Assembly: GCA_963708025.1 (NCBI GenBank)
Contig: CAVPSB010000013.1
Location: forward strand, 1-64,000
DNA length: 64,000 bases
Direction: 5' to 3'
DNA from: an uncultured Candidatus Rokubacteria bacterium
GTDB lineage: Bacteria; Methylomirabilota; Methylomirabilia; Rokubacteriales; DASRDR01
The notes under the pieces: model-generated
Told to the model about the DNA's origin: nothing
Databases searched by the model: none
Seen by the model: only the letters and a program-made list of their open reading frames with translations
Made by a program: the position numbers and the translations under genes
Shown: piece after piece, positions 53,112-63,710 of the stretch
Layout of the letters: the number at the start of each line of letters is the position of its first letter
Position numbering within the stretch: the first letter of the stretch is position 1

Positions 53112-54590
53112 ATGGCTGGCCTGTCCATCCGCGCCCGGGGTCCGCGCCTCCCGGAAGATGACGCCATCTTCCGGGCGCGCCGGCGTGAGCGCCGGCTCCT
53201 CCAGGAGATCGCGGTCCGTGCCACCCTCTGCCTGGCCTTCCTCGCGCTCAACGAGCTTCTCGATCTCGGGACCGGCCCGCTGGCCAACCCGATCGTCCGC
53301 GCCGCCGCGCTCCTCGCCCTCCTCCTGAACCTGCCGTACTACCTCGCGGCGCGCCTCGGGCGACGGCTGCGGGCTCAGGCCTATGGCCGCATGCTGGTCA
53401 ACGTCGCCCTCCTCACCCTCGGCCTCTACGGGGCCGGTGGCCTCGCGGCCGCTCCCTACGTCGCGGTCTACGCCATCGTGGCCGTTTACGCCGGCACCGT
53501 CCTCTCCAGCCTGGCCTGCGTCGTGGCCACGCTCACGGCGACCGCGAGCTATCTCCTCGTCGTCGTCCTCCAGGGGAAGGGCGTTCTGCCGGCCACCGGC
53601 GTGGTGCCGCCTAACGCGTGGGCGGTGGCGATGTTCAACCTGCTCCTGGTCAACGTGGTCGGCGCGCTCGCCGCGACCCTCTCCGAGGCCTACCGGCAGA
53701 GCCGCCGGCGGCTCGCCACCTTGTACCAGGAGCTGGAGCGCGCCTACGACGGCTCGTCCAAGCTCAACGCCGAGATCCAGCGCTCCGCCCGGCTCAACGT
53801 GCTCGGCGAGGTCGTCGCCGGGATCACCCACGAGATCCGCAACGCGCTCCAGGGCTCGGTCCTCGCGCTCGAGATGGTCCGCCAGGAGGTCGCTGCCGCC
53901 GTCCCGGCCGTCCTCGGCGAGCTGGACCGGATCGAGCATGGCTGCGAGACCGCGCTGCGCATCGTGCGCAACGTGCTCCACACGGCGCGTCACGCCTCGG
54001 AAGAAAAGGGACCGGTCTCGCTGGCCGAGATCGCGCGGCGGACGGTCGATCTCCGGGGCTACGACCTCCGGCGCGAGGGGATCGCCATCCAGCTCGACTT
54101 CCCGCGGGAGTTCCCGCTCGTCATCGGCAACCCCTTCCGGCTCCAGCAGGTGCTGCTGAACCTCGTGACCAACGCCCAGGAGGCCCTCCGCGCGGGCGGG
54201 CGCACCCGGACGATCGCCCTCGTCGGCTCGGCTGGCGAGGGGCGCGCGGTCGTCGAGGTCCACGACACCGGCCCCGGCATCGCCGAGGGCGCCCTCCCGC
54301 GCCTCTTCGAGCCGTTCTTCACGACCAAGCCGAACGGCACCGGGCTCGGCCTCGCGATCTCGGTCAACATCGTGCGCGAGTGCGGCGGGGACCTCAGCGC
54401 CCGAAACCGCCCCGAGGGCGGCGCCATCTTCCGCGTGAGCCTGCCGCTGGCGCCGGCCTCGAAGGGCGAGGCGCCGGGGGCGACGAGCGTGGACCGGCGT
54501 CCCGCCTCGCCGCAGAACGGGTCGCGGGTGGACGGTCAGGCGCCCCGCCCCAGCTCCACCGTGACCGCCAGCCCGCCCTCCGCCCGGTAG
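53112..54590 (+). CDS. Membrane sensor histidine kinase
   Basis: HEIRN, QVLLNLVTNA, DTGPGI, FFTTK..GTGLGL. Confidence 0.92.
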   Translation: MAGLSIRARGPRLPEDDAIFRARRRERRLLQEIAVRATLCLAFLALNELLDLGTGPLANPIVRAAALLALLLNLPYYLAARLGRRLRAQAYGRMLVNVALLTLGLYGAGGLAAAPYVAVYAIVAVYAGTVLSSLACVVATLTATASYLLVVVLQGKGVLPATGVVPPNAWAVAMFNLLLVNVVGALAATLSEAYRQSRRRLATLYQELERAYDGSSKLNAEIQRSARLNVLGEVVAGITHEIRNALQGSVLALEMVRQEVAAAVPAVLGELDRIEHGCETALRIVRNVLHTARHASEEKGPVSLAEIARRTVDLRGYDLRREGIAIQLDFPREFPLVIGNPFRLQQVLLNLVTNAQEALRAGGRTRTIALVGSAGEGRAVVEVHDTGPGIAEGALPRLFEPFFTTKPNGTGLGLAISVNIVRECGGDLSARNRPEGGAIFRVSLPLAPASKGEAPGATSVDRRPASPQNGSRVDGQAPRPSSTVTASPPSAR

Positions 54591-54980
54591 ACCGCGAACT
54601 CGGCGCCCGTGAGCTGGCGGATCACCGCCATGTTGGTCGTGCCGTGGCGGGTGAGCGGCACCGTGCGGAGGGCACCGCCGCCGGCCGGGCCAGGGGGACG
54701 AGGAGCTGGTCGGCCAGGTGGGGGCCGACCGGCACCTGAGCCGCGAGGTACTGGCGCACCTCCTGGACCGCGTGGTCGGCCACCGCCTCGGCCCGCACGT
54801 TGACCTCGCCGAAGCCCGTGAACACCTCGGTCACGTGCTCGCTCTCGAGCTCGAGCAGCACCACGTTGCCCGGGCCGCGGGCTCCGTCGCGCGCGCCCAG
54901 CGTCACCGCCTCCAGCTCGTCGGGACGGAAGCCCAGCTTGTCCCGCACGACCCGCAGCTCCCGGTGGGCGATGCTGGCAA
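54536..54980 (-). pseudogene. rtcA: C-terminal fragment of RNA 3'-terminal phosphate cyclase
   Basis: GPGNVVLLEL...EVFTGFGE...AEAVA...VGPHLADQLLVP, then THGTTN-like motif after a frameshift; N-terminal part absent. Confidence 0.8.
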
Positions 54981-55031
54981 CTACGGGTTGGATACTCCTT
55001 GAGAGCGGCTGGGCGGGGCGGACGGGTTGCG

Positions 55032-55065
55032 CCTTCCCTCTCCCCCGACCGGGGGAGAGGGAAGG
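55032..55065. repeat. REP-like hairpin
   Basis: CCTTCCCTCTCCCCC-gacc-GGGGGAGAGGGAAGG. Confidence 0.7.
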
Positions 55066-55098
55066 AACTCAGAGCCGGCGCGGGTTTCCGATCGAAGT

Positions 55099-56121
55099 CT
55101 AGTGGCCTCCGAACTTGCGGCGCATCGCCTGGAGCACCCGGCAGGCGAACTTGTCCTCGCCGCGCGACGTGAAGCGCTCGTACAACGAGGCGGTGAGCAC
55201 CGTTGCCGGCACCCCTTCCTCGATGGCGGCGAGCACGGTCCAGCGGCCCTCACCGGAGTCCGGCACCTCGGCCTTGTCGTGCGACAGCTCGGGGTCCTCG
55301 GCCAGGGCCGCGGCCGTCAGGTCCAGCAGCCACGACGCGACCACGCTGCCGCGCCGCCACACCTCGGCGATGTCCGGCAGGTTGAAGTCGTACTGGAAGT
55401 GCTGGGGATCCCGCAGGGGCGTGATCTCGGCGCTCGCGGCCTCGCGGCCCTGCTTGCCGACGTTGGCGTGCTTGATGATGTTGAGGCCCTCGCCGTAGGC
55501 GGCCATCAGACCGTACTCGATGCCATTGTGGACCATCTTGACGAAGTGGCCGGCACCGGCGGGGCCGCAGTGGAGGTAGCCGTCCTCGGCGGTGCTCTTG
55601 ACCTTCTCGCGGCCGGGCGTGCGCGGGGCGTCGCCGCGGCCGGGCGCCAGCGCCTTGAAGATCGGGTCGAGGTGCTTCACCGCCGCGTCCGGCCCGCCGA
55701 TCATCAGGCAGTAGCCGCGCTCCAGACCCCAGACGCCGCCGCTCGTGCCGACGTCCATGTACTGGATGCCCTTGGGGGCCAGCTCCTTGCTGCGGCGGAT
55801 GTCGTCGATGTAGTAGGAGTTGCCACCGTCGATGACGATGTCGCCCGACTGCAGCATCGGGACGAGGTCCGCGAGGACGCGGTCCACCACGCCGGCGGGT
55901 GTCATCAGCCAGACGGCCCGCGGCGGGCTCAGCTTCGAGACGAGGTCCTTGAGCGCGGACGTCCCCGCGGCCTGGGCTCCCGCCTCCTTCTGCACCCGCT
56001 GCGCCGTCTCGGCGACCACCTCGGCGCTGCGATCATTGACGACCATCTGGTGCCCGGCCTTGGCCAGGCGGACCACCATATTCTGTCCCATGCGGCCCAG
56101 ACCTACCATGCCCAGCTGCAC
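55099..56121 (-). CDS. gnd: 6-phosphogluconate dehydrogenase (decarboxylating, short type)
   Basis: [40 protein letters not shown]. Confidence 0.93.
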   Translation of the reverse strand: MQLGMVGLGRMGQNMVVRLAKAGHQMVVNDRSAEVVAETAQRVQKEAGAQAAGTSALKDLVSKLSPPRAVWLMTPAGVVDRVLADLVPMLQSGDIVIDGGNSYYIDDIRRSKELAPKGIQYMDVGTSGGVWGLERGYCLMIGGPDAAVKHLDPIFKALAPGRGDAPRTPGREKVKSTAEDGYLHCGPAGAGHFVKMVHNGIEYGLMAAYGEGLNIIKHANVGKQGREAASAEITPLRDPQHFQYDFNLPDIAEVWRRGSVVASWLLDLTAAALAEDPELSHDKAEVPDSGEGRWTVLAAIEEGVPATVLTASLYERFTSRGEDKFACRVLQAMRRKFGGH

Positions 56122-56340
56122 GATGGTGCTCCTTTCGGGTGGTTGGGGGTGTCCTTCGCGTCTCGCCAGTGAGCCGAAGCCGTCGCCATCGACAGGCGTA
56201 GTGGAACAAAAGCACGTTTCCGGGTAAGGCGTCAAGCCCGGGGGTGGCTGGCCGCTGCGTCTTCTCCCGCCGCAGCCTCCTCCCGGCACCCTCCCTTCGG
56301 CGCGTTGACCGGTCGCCGGGGCCTGCGTACCCTACCGGGC

Positions 56341-56712
56341 ATGGCGGTAGCCCGGAAGGGAGCATGGGCACTCGCCCTCGGCGCTGGGCTGCTCGTGGCG
56401 CCGGCGCGGCTGCCCGCCCAGGAGATCTACCAGGCGGTCATCCTGGACCTGACCGACCTCGCGGTCCACGTCACCGTGGCGCGGGCCCGGGGCGACGACC
56501 AGCTCCGGCTGCTCCTCCGGGACGCCGCCGGCCGGATCCGCCAGGCGAGCGCCACTCCGGTCTCGGCCGGCCAGGCCTCCGGCGGGACGACGATCCTGAC
56601 CATCCCGCTGCCGCTCCTGGACGCCCGGGAGACGGAGTTCGCGGTGGTGCTGGTCCGGGGCGGGACGGAGATCCACCGGACGGAGTGGCGCCCGATCTTC
56701 GGATCGCGATGA
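56341..56712 (+). CDS. Secreted hypothetical protein
   Basis: Signal-like N-terminus; beta-rich. Confidence 0.5.
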   Translation: MAVARKGAWALALGAGLLVAPARLPAQEIYQAVILDLTDLAVHVTVARARGDDQLRLLLRDAAGRIRQASATPVSAGQASGGTTILTIPLPLLDARETEFAVVLVRGGTEIHRTEWRPIFGSR

Positions 56713-56734
56713 TTCGCCCTCCGCCCCTCCCGCT

Positions 56735-56858
56735 GGGTGCTCGTCGAGGTATCTCGTGTCGCGTGCAGTGCGGACTGAGCCACGAACAGCGTCCGAGCGG
56801 CGGCTTCGCCGCCGCAACCGAGGAGGGGCATCGGGGGCTCTTCCGAGACCCCCCGAAG
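56735..56858 (-). repeat. Repeat family B, long form
   Basis: Reverse complement aligns with 38206-38330. Confidence 0.85.
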
Positions 56859-56860
56859 TT

Positions 56861-57064
56861 CTAGCCGACGAAGCGCTTGAGGTTCTTCAGGTAGTACGCG
56901 AGGGCCAGCGTGATCAGCGCCGTGACGATGGCGACCACCAGGTTCTCGAGGTGCCCCGTGTGTCGGTACTGCGCCGCCTCCCACCAGGTGAAGAAGACGC
57001 CGAAGAGGATGGCGGCGCCGATCAGGATGCGGTGGGCGATCAGGATGAGTGACGGCGCGCTCAT
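56861..57064 (-). CDS. Small two-TM membrane protein
   Basis: AHRILIGAAILFG...ALAYYL. Confidence 0.65.
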   Translation of the reverse strand: MSAPSLILIAHRILIGAAILFGVFFTWWEAAQYRHTGHLENLVVAIVTALITLALAYYLKNLKRFVG

Positions 57065-57119
57065 CTCAATAGCCGGGCCGAGGCCCGAGGACGACCAGCC
57101 GCGACGGGTATCGGCACGG

Positions 57120-57909
57120 CTATACGACCCAGCCGCCGTCGACGCACAGCACCTGCCCCGTGACGTAGTTGGCGGCCGGCGACGCCAGGAAGACCACCGC
57201 CTCCGCGATGTCCTCGGGCTCGCCCATCCGCGGGATGGGGAGCGCCTCGACGGCATAGCGGAACCCCCGGGTCATCTCGGTCTCCACGCCCCCCGGCGCC
57301 ACCGCGTTCACGTAGATCCCCGCGTGCCCCACGTCCTTGGCGACCCACTTGGTGAGCGCGAGGACGCCACCCTTGGCGGCGGCGTAGGCCGGCCCCGAGC
57401 GCCCCTGGCGGGACGCGGGGTCGGCGCCGGCCCGCGAGACCGCGCCCCCGATGATCCCCGAGATCGACGCGATCGTCACGATCTTGCCGTAGCCCTGGGC
57501 CCGCATGACCGGCACCACGGCCTGGATCGTGAGGAAGGTCCCCTTGAGGACGACGTCCACCACCCGGTCCCAGGTCGCCTCGCTGGTCTCCTCGAGCGCG
57601 TCCCGGTGGACGACGCCGGCGGACGTGACCAGGATGTCGAGCCGGCCCAGCTCGCGCGCCACGCGCTCCACCGCGCCTCGGACGTCGGCCGCCGCGGTGA
57701 CGTCGAGGCGCAGGCCGAGCGCGCGGCGGCCGTGCTGGCCGACGAGGGCGATCGTCTCGTCCACCCGGCAGCAGATCGGCGGCGGCGACGTCGGCGCCGC
57801 CGCGGGCGAGGGCGACGGCGCAGGCCCGGCCGATGCCCCGGGCGGCCCCGGTGACCAACGCCACCTGGCCACGCAGGTCGCCGGGCCGGCTGGACCGCGC
57901 CTGGATCAT
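57120..57909 (-). CDS. SDR family oxidoreductase, frameshift at ~57775
   Basis: VTGAARGIG, YAAAK, NAVAPG, YVTGQVLCVDGG. Confidence 0.9.
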
Positions 57910-58349
57910 GCCCGCCGCGGGGTCGGTCGTGCCTCCTCCAGGCGCCCAAGCATGCGCTCGGCGGTCCCCTCGATGAAGCGGCGGTAGTCCTCGGGGGCGA
58001 GGACCTCGACGGGCCGGCTGGCGCCGAACTCCCGCGCGCACGCCACCGCGCTCGTGTTGTAGATCACGTACCGGACGCCGGGCCGCTCGGGGTAGGACCC
58101 GATGGCCCGCTCGGCCCGCGCGCGGAGCTCGGCGATCTCGCTGCGCGACGCCCGCTTGGTGGCGTTCGGCGCGCGCCGCTTCAGCACCGTCTCGTGGTGA
58201 TAGGCCTCCGGCGCAACGGGCTGACCCGTCACCGGGTCAACGAGCTTGTCGGGGTTGGGCGCCAGCGCGAGGCCGGCGAAGCCGCGGGCGTGCGCCTCGG
58301 CGAAGACGGCGGGAACCCGGTACTGGTCATCCTGGGCGGCGTCGGCCAT
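57906..58349 (-). CDS. Hypothetical protein
   Basis: AGGAG SD; 147 aa; ATGA overlap with the SDR gene. Confidence 0.6.
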   Translation of the reverse strand: MADAAQDDQYRVPAVFAEAHARGFAGLALAPNPDKLVDPVTGQPVAPEAYHHETVLKRRAPNATKRASRSEIAELRARAERAIGSYPERPGVRYVIYNTSAVACAREFGASRPVEVLAPEDYRRFIEGTAERMLGRLEEARPTPRRA

Positions 58350-58526
58350 CAGGCACTCCTCGCTCGGCGGCCCGTCGGGACCGGACCCGGCGTGAATGCG
58401 TTGCCTCGCGCGCCGCCGTCGCGGCGCTCTCCGGGAGGTACCTGTGCGGGAAAGCGCGCCGCCCGAGCGGGCCGGCGGGCTCTCCTGCCCCTAGTGAGGC
58501 ACGGGCGCGCGCCGCTGTCAAGATTC

Positions 58527-58607
58527 GGGGTCAGGCCTTTCAATCTTTCAGTTCGGCTCCGCCGAGCGCGGCCGGGCTCGAACTGTAAGAATGAAAGGCC
58601 TGACCCC
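58527..58607. repeat. 29-bp-arm inverted repeat (REP-like)
   Basis: GGGGTCAGGCCTTTCAATCTTTCAGTTCG / CGAACTGTAAGAATGAAAGGCCTGACCCC, 2 mismatches. Confidence 0.8.
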
Positions 58608-58610
58608 GGC

Positions 58611-58712
58611 TAGTGCCGTTCCAACTAGATGAGCCAGACTGGACAAGCGATTCTTGAAGCACCGACTTACCACATTCCTCGAAAGCACTGGCTGGAAGTT
58701 GGAACGGCACTA
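58611..58712. mobile_element. MITE-like element, 102 bp, with TA ends
   Basis: Perfect TIR TAGTGCCGTTCCAACT / AGTTGGAACGGCACTA; interior less GC-rich than the flanks. Confidence 0.75.
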
Positions 58713-60380
58713 GAGGCCGTAGCAGCTCCAGGCGTCGGGCTCGGCTTCGCCCACCGGCTCCAGGTGGAACCAGTAGTAGCCGTAGGGGCCCAGGCTGAGG
58801 GGGTAGAGGTCCGTCCCGATGAGCGGGAACCGGGCGCCGCCCAGCGCCTCGACCGGCACCCGGCCCGCGAACCGCCGGAGGTCCAGGTGGACCGGCTGGG
58901 CCGAGGCGGCCAGGTTGTTGACGACCAGCAGCGTCTGGCCCTGGTGCTCGCGCAGGTACGCCAGGACCCGATGGTTCACCGGGCGCAGGAACTCGATTGC
59001 GCCCCGCCCCAGCGCCCGGTAGCGCTTCCGGGCCCCGATGAGCTGGCGCATGGCGTTGAGCAGGGACGCCGGCGTGCGAAGCTGCGCCTCGACGTTGATC
59101 GCCTGGTAGCCGTAGACCGGGTCCCGGATCACCGGGCTGTACAGCCGCGACGGCTCGGCCCGCGAGAAGCCGGCGTTGCCGTCCCCCGACCACTGCATCG
59201 GGGTGCGGACGCCGTTCCGGTCCCCCAGGTAGATGTTGTCGCCCATCCCGATCTCGTCGCCGTAGTAGAGGACCGGGCTGCCCGGCATCGTGAAGAGCAT
59301 GCTCGTCAGCAGCTCGATCTTCCGCCGGTCGTTGTCGAGGAGGGGCGCCAGCCGGCGGCGGATCCCGAGGTTCAGCTTGGCCTGCCGGTCGGGGGCGTAG
59401 GCATAGTACATGTACTCCCGCTCCTCCTCCGTGACCATCTCGAGCGTCAGCTCGTCGTGGTTGCGGAGGAAGAAGCACCACTGGCAGGTCCCGGGGATGG
59501 CCGGGGTGTGGGTGAAGATGTCGGTGATCGGTCGCCGGTCCTCGCTCTTGACCGCCATGAACATGCGGGGCATCAGCGGGAAGTGGAACGCCATGTGGAA
59601 CTCGTCCCCGTCCGCGAAGTAGGCCCGCACGTCCTCCGGCCACTGGTTCGCCTCGGCCAGCAGGATCCGTCCCGGATACGTCTCGTCGAGCCGGCGGCGG
59701 AGCGCCCGCAGGTAGGCGTGGGTCTCGGGCAGGTTCTCGCAGCTGGTGCCCTCCCGCTCGAAGAGGTAGGGCACCGCGTCGCAGCGGAAGCCGTCCAGCC
59801 CCTTCTCGAGCCAGAACGACATGACGTCGAGCATGGCCGCCCGGACCGCCGGGTTGTCGTAGTTGAGGTCCGGCTGGTGGCTGAAGAAGCGGTGCCAGTA
59901 GTACTGCCCGGCCAGCGGGTCCCAGGTCCAGTTCGAGCGCTCGGTGTCCGTGAAGATGATCCGGGCGTCCCGGTAGCGCCCCGGGTCGTCGCTCCAGACG
60001 TAGTAGTCCCGGAGCGGCGACGCCGGATCCCGGCGCGCCTCCTGGAACCAGGGGTGTTGGTCCGAGGTGTGGTTCATGACGAGGTCGGCGATCACGCGCA
60101 GACCGCGCCGGTGGGCCTCGTCCAGGAAATCCTTGAAGTCGCCGAGGGTGCCGTAGTCCGGGTGGACCGAGCAGAAGTCGGCGATGTCGTAGCCGTCGTC
60201 GCGGAGCGGCGAGGGATACATCGGCAGGATCCACAGGCAGTCCACGCCGAGCCGCTGGATGTAGTCGAGCTTCTGGGTGAGACCCCGGAAGTCCCCGATC
60301 CCGTCGCCGTTCGAGTCGTGGAACGCCTTGACGTGGACCTCGTAGAAGACGGCGTCCTTGTACCAGAGGTCGTCGGTCAT
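58710..60380 (-). CDS. treS: Trehalose synthase (maltose alpha-D-glucosyltransferase)
   Basis: [50 protein letters not shown]. Confidence 0.95.
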   Translation of the reverse strand: MTDDLWYKDAVFYEVHVKAFHDSNGDGIGDFRGLTQKLDYIQRLGVDCLWILPMYPSPLRDDGYDIADFCSVHPDYGTLGDFKDFLDEAHRRGLRVIADLVMNHTSDQHPWFQEARRDPASPLRDYYVWSDDPGRYRDARIIFTDTERSNWTWDPLAGQYYWHRFFSHQPDLNYDNPAVRAAMLDVMSFWLEKGLDGFRCDAVPYLFEREGTSCENLPETHAYLRALRRRLDETYPGRILLAEANQWPEDVRAYFADGDEFHMAFHFPLMPRMFMAVKSEDRRPITDIFTHTPAIPGTCQWCFFLRNHDELTLEMVTEEEREYMYYAYAPDRQAKLNLGIRRRLAPLLDNDRRKIELLTSMLFTMPGSPVLYYGDEIGMGDNIYLGDRNGVRTPMQWSGDGNAGFSRAEPSRLYSPVIRDPVYGYQAINVEAQLRTPASLLNAMRQLIGARKRYRALGRGAIEFLRPVNHRVLAYLREHQGQTLLVVNNLAASAQPVHLDLRRFAGRVPVEALGGARFPLIGTDLYPLSLGPYGYYWFHLEPVGEAEPDAWSCYGL

Positions 60381-60458
60381 GTCAGCGCTCGGCTGAACTC
60401 ATCTTACCGTAGACGACGCCTGCCCTCCGAGCAGTGCATGGCGTGGCCGGCCGGATGC

Positions 60459-61733
60459 TCAGCGCCAGCGGTCGACGAGCTCGCCCTTCAGCGTCTCGAA
60501 GGCTTGGGCCTGGCGCTCGAGCAGCCGCTCCTGGACGGAGGCCGGCTGGCCCGCCGCGTCCCGGCTGAGCGCGGCCATGCGCCCGAGATAGAGCGGGACC
60601 AGGCTCCGGAGCAGGTGGCCGCGGTGGAGCGCCCGGAAGCGGTGGGCGAGCAGGAAATCGTAGACGACCCGGGCCCACAGCTCGGCCGGGAAGGCGAACT
60701 CCTCCGGCGCCAGGTCCCCCAGCGCATACAGGTCGGCGAGGGTGGCGGCGGTGAGGACCTGTTCCCAGATCGGCGGGAGGTCCCGCAGCCCCTGGCGGAA
60801 CACGGCCACCATCCGGGCCAGCGCGGCCGGGGGCGTGGCGCTCGCGGTCGCGGCCGGCTCCCCTAGCCGGGCGGGCGGCGACCCGGGTCCCCGATCGTGC
60901 CACGGCTCCTCGTAGAGCTCGGCCAGCGCGAAGGCCGCCCCGACGGCCTCGCTCATGATGTCCCCGAGGTCCAGCCGCCCCTCCCGTGGCTCCGCGTCGC
61001 GGCCGCCGAGCCAGGCTTCGCCGAGCCGGGCGCCGGTAGCGGCGGCGACCGTCGCGGTGAAGAGGGGCAGCGTCCGACTAGCCGCCGTCCCCCAGCCGGG
61101 CGCCTCGCACAATCGCGCGACCAGCGGGTGGGAGAGGCTCAGCTCGGCGGTCACCAGGGACCGCACCGAGGCGCCGTACAGCGCGCGGGTCAGCGGGTAG
61201 AGGAGGCAGGTCGTGACCGGGCCGTCGAGCACCGCCCGCGCGAAGAGCGGCGTCACCAGGTCGAGCTCGCCCGCCCAGGCCGGGCGGAGGAGGCGGTCCA
61301 CCCACTCGTCGGGCAGGACCCGGAGGTCGGCCCCGACGAGCAGCACGGCCCGGGCGCCGGAGGCTCGCGCCACCTGGCACACGGCGCGGAACGCGAGGTC
61401 GCCGCCCGGGACGCCGTGGACCGGCGCCAGCTGGCGCGGCGCCGGGGCCAGCCGGCCCGGCAGCGTGAGGACGCGCAGGCCGCCGGCCGCCTGGGTCGCA
61501 GCCTCCCGGGTCCCGTCCGTGGACCCCGCGTCCCAGTGAGCGATCGCGGCCCGGACCCCCGGGAAGCGCGCCGCCACCCCCGCGTCGAGGGCGCGGACGA
61601 CGCCCCCGATGGTCCGGGCGTGCTGGTAGGAGAGCACGGCGAGGACGAGGTCCAGCTCGCCAATCTCGCCGGATCCGCCCTCGACGTCGAGCGGCAGCGC
61701 CGTGTCCACCAGCGACCCGGAGGGCGCCGTCAC
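60459..61733 (-). CDS. GT-A fold glycosyltransferase-like protein (glucosylglycerate synthase-like)
   Basis: TIGGVV, DAGSTDGT, YPLTRALYG, WARVVYDF, PLYLGR. Confidence 0.75.
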   Translation of the reverse strand: MTAPSGSLVDTALPLDVEGGSGEIGELDLVLAVLSYQHARTIGGVVRALDAGVAARFPGVRAAIAHWDAGSTDGTREAATQAAGGLRVLTLPGRLAPAPRQLAPVHGVPGGDLAFRAVCQVARASGARAVLLVGADLRVLPDEWVDRLLRPAWAGELDLVTPLFARAVLDGPVTTCLLYPLTRALYGASVRSLVTAELSLSHPLVARLCEAPGWGTAASRTLPLFTATVAAATGARLGEAWLGGRDAEPREGRLDLGDIMSEAVGAAFALAELYEEPWHDRGPGSPPARLGEPAATASATPPAALARMVAVFRQGLRDLPPIWEQVLTAATLADLYALGDLAPEEFAFPAELWARVVYDFLLAHRFRALHRGHLLRSLVPLYLGRMAALSRDAAGQPASVQERLLERQAQAFETLKGELVDRWR

Positions 61734-62926
61734 CCGGCCAGGCGCGTCAGGAGCGTGAGGTCGTCGGCCAGGTGTCGGGTGATCAGGAAGTTCCGCCTGA
61801 CGTGCTCGCGTCCGGCTCCGCCCAGCCGGCTGATCGCCTCCGGGTTGTTGAGCAGGTACCGGAGCCAGAAGGCGGCGCCCTCCGGCGAGTGGACCACGTA
61901 CCCCGTGACGTCGTGGATGATCTGCGCGGTGATGCCGCCGGCCGCGCCCCCGATCACGGGCTTCCCCTTCCACATCGCCTCGGCCACCGTGAGCCCGAAC
62001 CCCTCCCGCAGCGACTTCTGGAGGACGACGGTGGCCCCCCGCTGCAGGGCGTTGATCTCGAGGTGGGCGTCGGGCGGTAGCTCCAGCACGTGCATGTCGG
62101 GATCGCGGCCCATGACCTCGCGCACCTCGGCCAGGACGGCCGCGCCCTCCGGGTCGTCGGCGCCGCCGCCGCCGGCCAGGACCAGCCGGCAGTCGTTGTG
62201 CCGGCGGACCAGCCGGAAGGCGTTGATGACACCCACGGGGTCGGCGAAGCGGTCGAAGCGCGAGACCTGGAGGACGATCGGCTTGTCGCGCGGGATCTGG
62301 AGGCGGTCGAGGGTGGCCTCCACCTCCTGCCGCGTGAGCCGGCGGTTCTTGTCGCCGAGCGGGTCGATCGAGGGGTAGACGAGATACTTGGGGATCGGGA
62401 GCTGCGGGGCGAAGCGCGGGAGCGAGAAGACGGCCGCGTCGTACCGGGTGACGTACCGCCGGAGGAAGCTCCAGACGCGCCGCTGAGGGGCCGAGACGTC
62501 GATGTGGCAGCGCCAGACCCAGCGGCCGGCCGGCGGCCGGTACTCGACGAGGCCCGCCGGTGGGGCCTCGTGGACGAGGACCAGGTCCGCCTCGAGTGGG
62601 AGCCGCCGGGCGTTCTCGCGGGTGACCGCCCGGTAGGCCTCGAGCATCTCCTCGGTGACGACCTGCTCGGTGCCCTGGAGCGCGTGGTGGAGCGCCCGGG
62701 TCGTCCGGTAGAAGAGCGGGTTGCCGGTGATGACCTCCCACGAGGCGTCCACGCCGAGCTCGGTCAGCATGGGCCCCATGCGGTGGAGGAGCTCGGCCAC
62801 CCCGCCGCCGTAGCGGGTGGCGCTGATGTTGAGCAGTCGGCGGCCCTTCACGCGCTCGGCCATCCGGCTGATGAAGTCGACCGTCCCCTTGGGGGCGATC
62901 TCTCGGTAGTCGCTCAGCGTGGTCAT
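61730..62926 (-). CDS. treT: TreT-like trehalose glycosyltransferring synthase (GT4)
   Basis: GGGVAELL, WRCHID, PSIDPL, QVSRFD, KSLREGFGLTVAEAMWK. Confidence 0.88.
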   Translation of the reverse strand: MTTLSDYREIAPKGTVDFISRMAERVKGRRLLNISATRYGGGVAELLHRMGPMLTELGVDASWEVITGNPLFYRTTRALHHALQGTEQVVTEEMLEAYRAVTRENARRLPLEADLVLVHEAPPAGLVEYRPPAGRWVWRCHIDVSAPQRRVWSFLRRYVTRYDAAVFSLPRFAPQLPIPKYLVYPSIDPLGDKNRRLTRQEVEATLDRLQIPRDKPIVLQVSRFDRFADPVGVINAFRLVRRHNDCRLVLAGGGGADDPEGAAVLAEVREVMGRDPDMHVLELPPDAHLEINALQRGATVVLQKSLREGFGLTVAEAMWKGKPVIGGAAGGITAQIIHDVTGYVVHSPEGAAFWLRYLLNNPEAISRLGGAGREHVRRNFLITRHLADDLTLLTRLAG

Positions 62927-62936
62927 CGGGGCCGCC

Positions 62937-63590
62937 TCACGCCGCGCCTTCCAGGGCCTCGTCCACCAGCGTCAGCAGCCGGGAGCGGACCCGCTCGAGA
63001 CTCCCCACGTAGGGATTGATGCGGGCGACCCGGTCGGCCAGCTCGGGCGCCCCCACCTGGCGGCGGAGCCATTGCGAGAAGTCGTTCTCCTGCCGCCCCT
63101 GCCGCACCCGCGCGTCGAAGAGGTGGAAAAAGATCGAGCTGACCTCCACCTCGGCCAGGTCGTCCCGGAACTCCGCGAGCGTGGCCGCCGACCGGCCGAC
63201 CGGCAGCTCGAGGACGTGGCTCTGCAGGAAGTCGAACGGCTGACCGCGGTCGATGCGGGGGACGGCGCGGAGGTGCCGGAGGTGGTGATCGATGACGGAG
63301 ACCAGCTCCTCCCGGAGGGCCTCGAGGTCCGGGAACTCGAAGGGGTCCACCATGGCCAGCTTCTCGCCGAGGACGGGGTCGCGAACCTCTCCGACGACCC
63401 AGGCCGCGAAGTCGTTCGTGTAGGTGCTGGCAAAGATCCGGTGCCGGAGAAAGAAGCCGTGGGTGTGGTAGTACACCGAGCCCGAGGGGGCCTGGGCCAG
63501 GAGGTCGGCCAGCTCCTTCTCGTCCTCGGCCCGCTGGCCGAGGATCTCCCGCAACTCGACGCACCCCACGAACACGAACGGCTCCATCAC
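62937..63590 (-). CDS. DUF5752-like protein
   Basis: PFVF, SVYYHTH, NDFAAW, SIFFH, NDFSQW. Confidence 0.8.
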   Translation of the reverse strand: MMEPFVFVGCVELREILGQRAEDEKELADLLAQAPSGSVYYHTHGFFLRHRIFASTYTNDFAAWVVGEVRDPVLGEKLAMVDPFEFPDLEALREELVSVIDHHLRHLRAVPRIDRGQPFDFLQSHVLELPVGRSAATLAEFRDDLAEVEVSSIFFHLFDARVRQGRQENDFSQWLRRQVGAPELADRVARINPYVGSLERVRSRLLTLVDEALEGAA

Positions 63591-63710
63591 CCGCCCCAGC
63601 TCCCTCGAAGCCGGACGGTCATGACAGGTCGAGTTTCCCGGGGGGCGGGACGACGACGCCCTGCGAAGCTCATCGGCCCCGCCCGATCATGCCCGAGGCG
63701 GCCAGCGCGC

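Noticed and set aside
58710-63590. TreS/TreT/DUF5752 cluster as a novel system
   Set aside because: A recognisable trehalose/compatible-solute gene neighbourhood.
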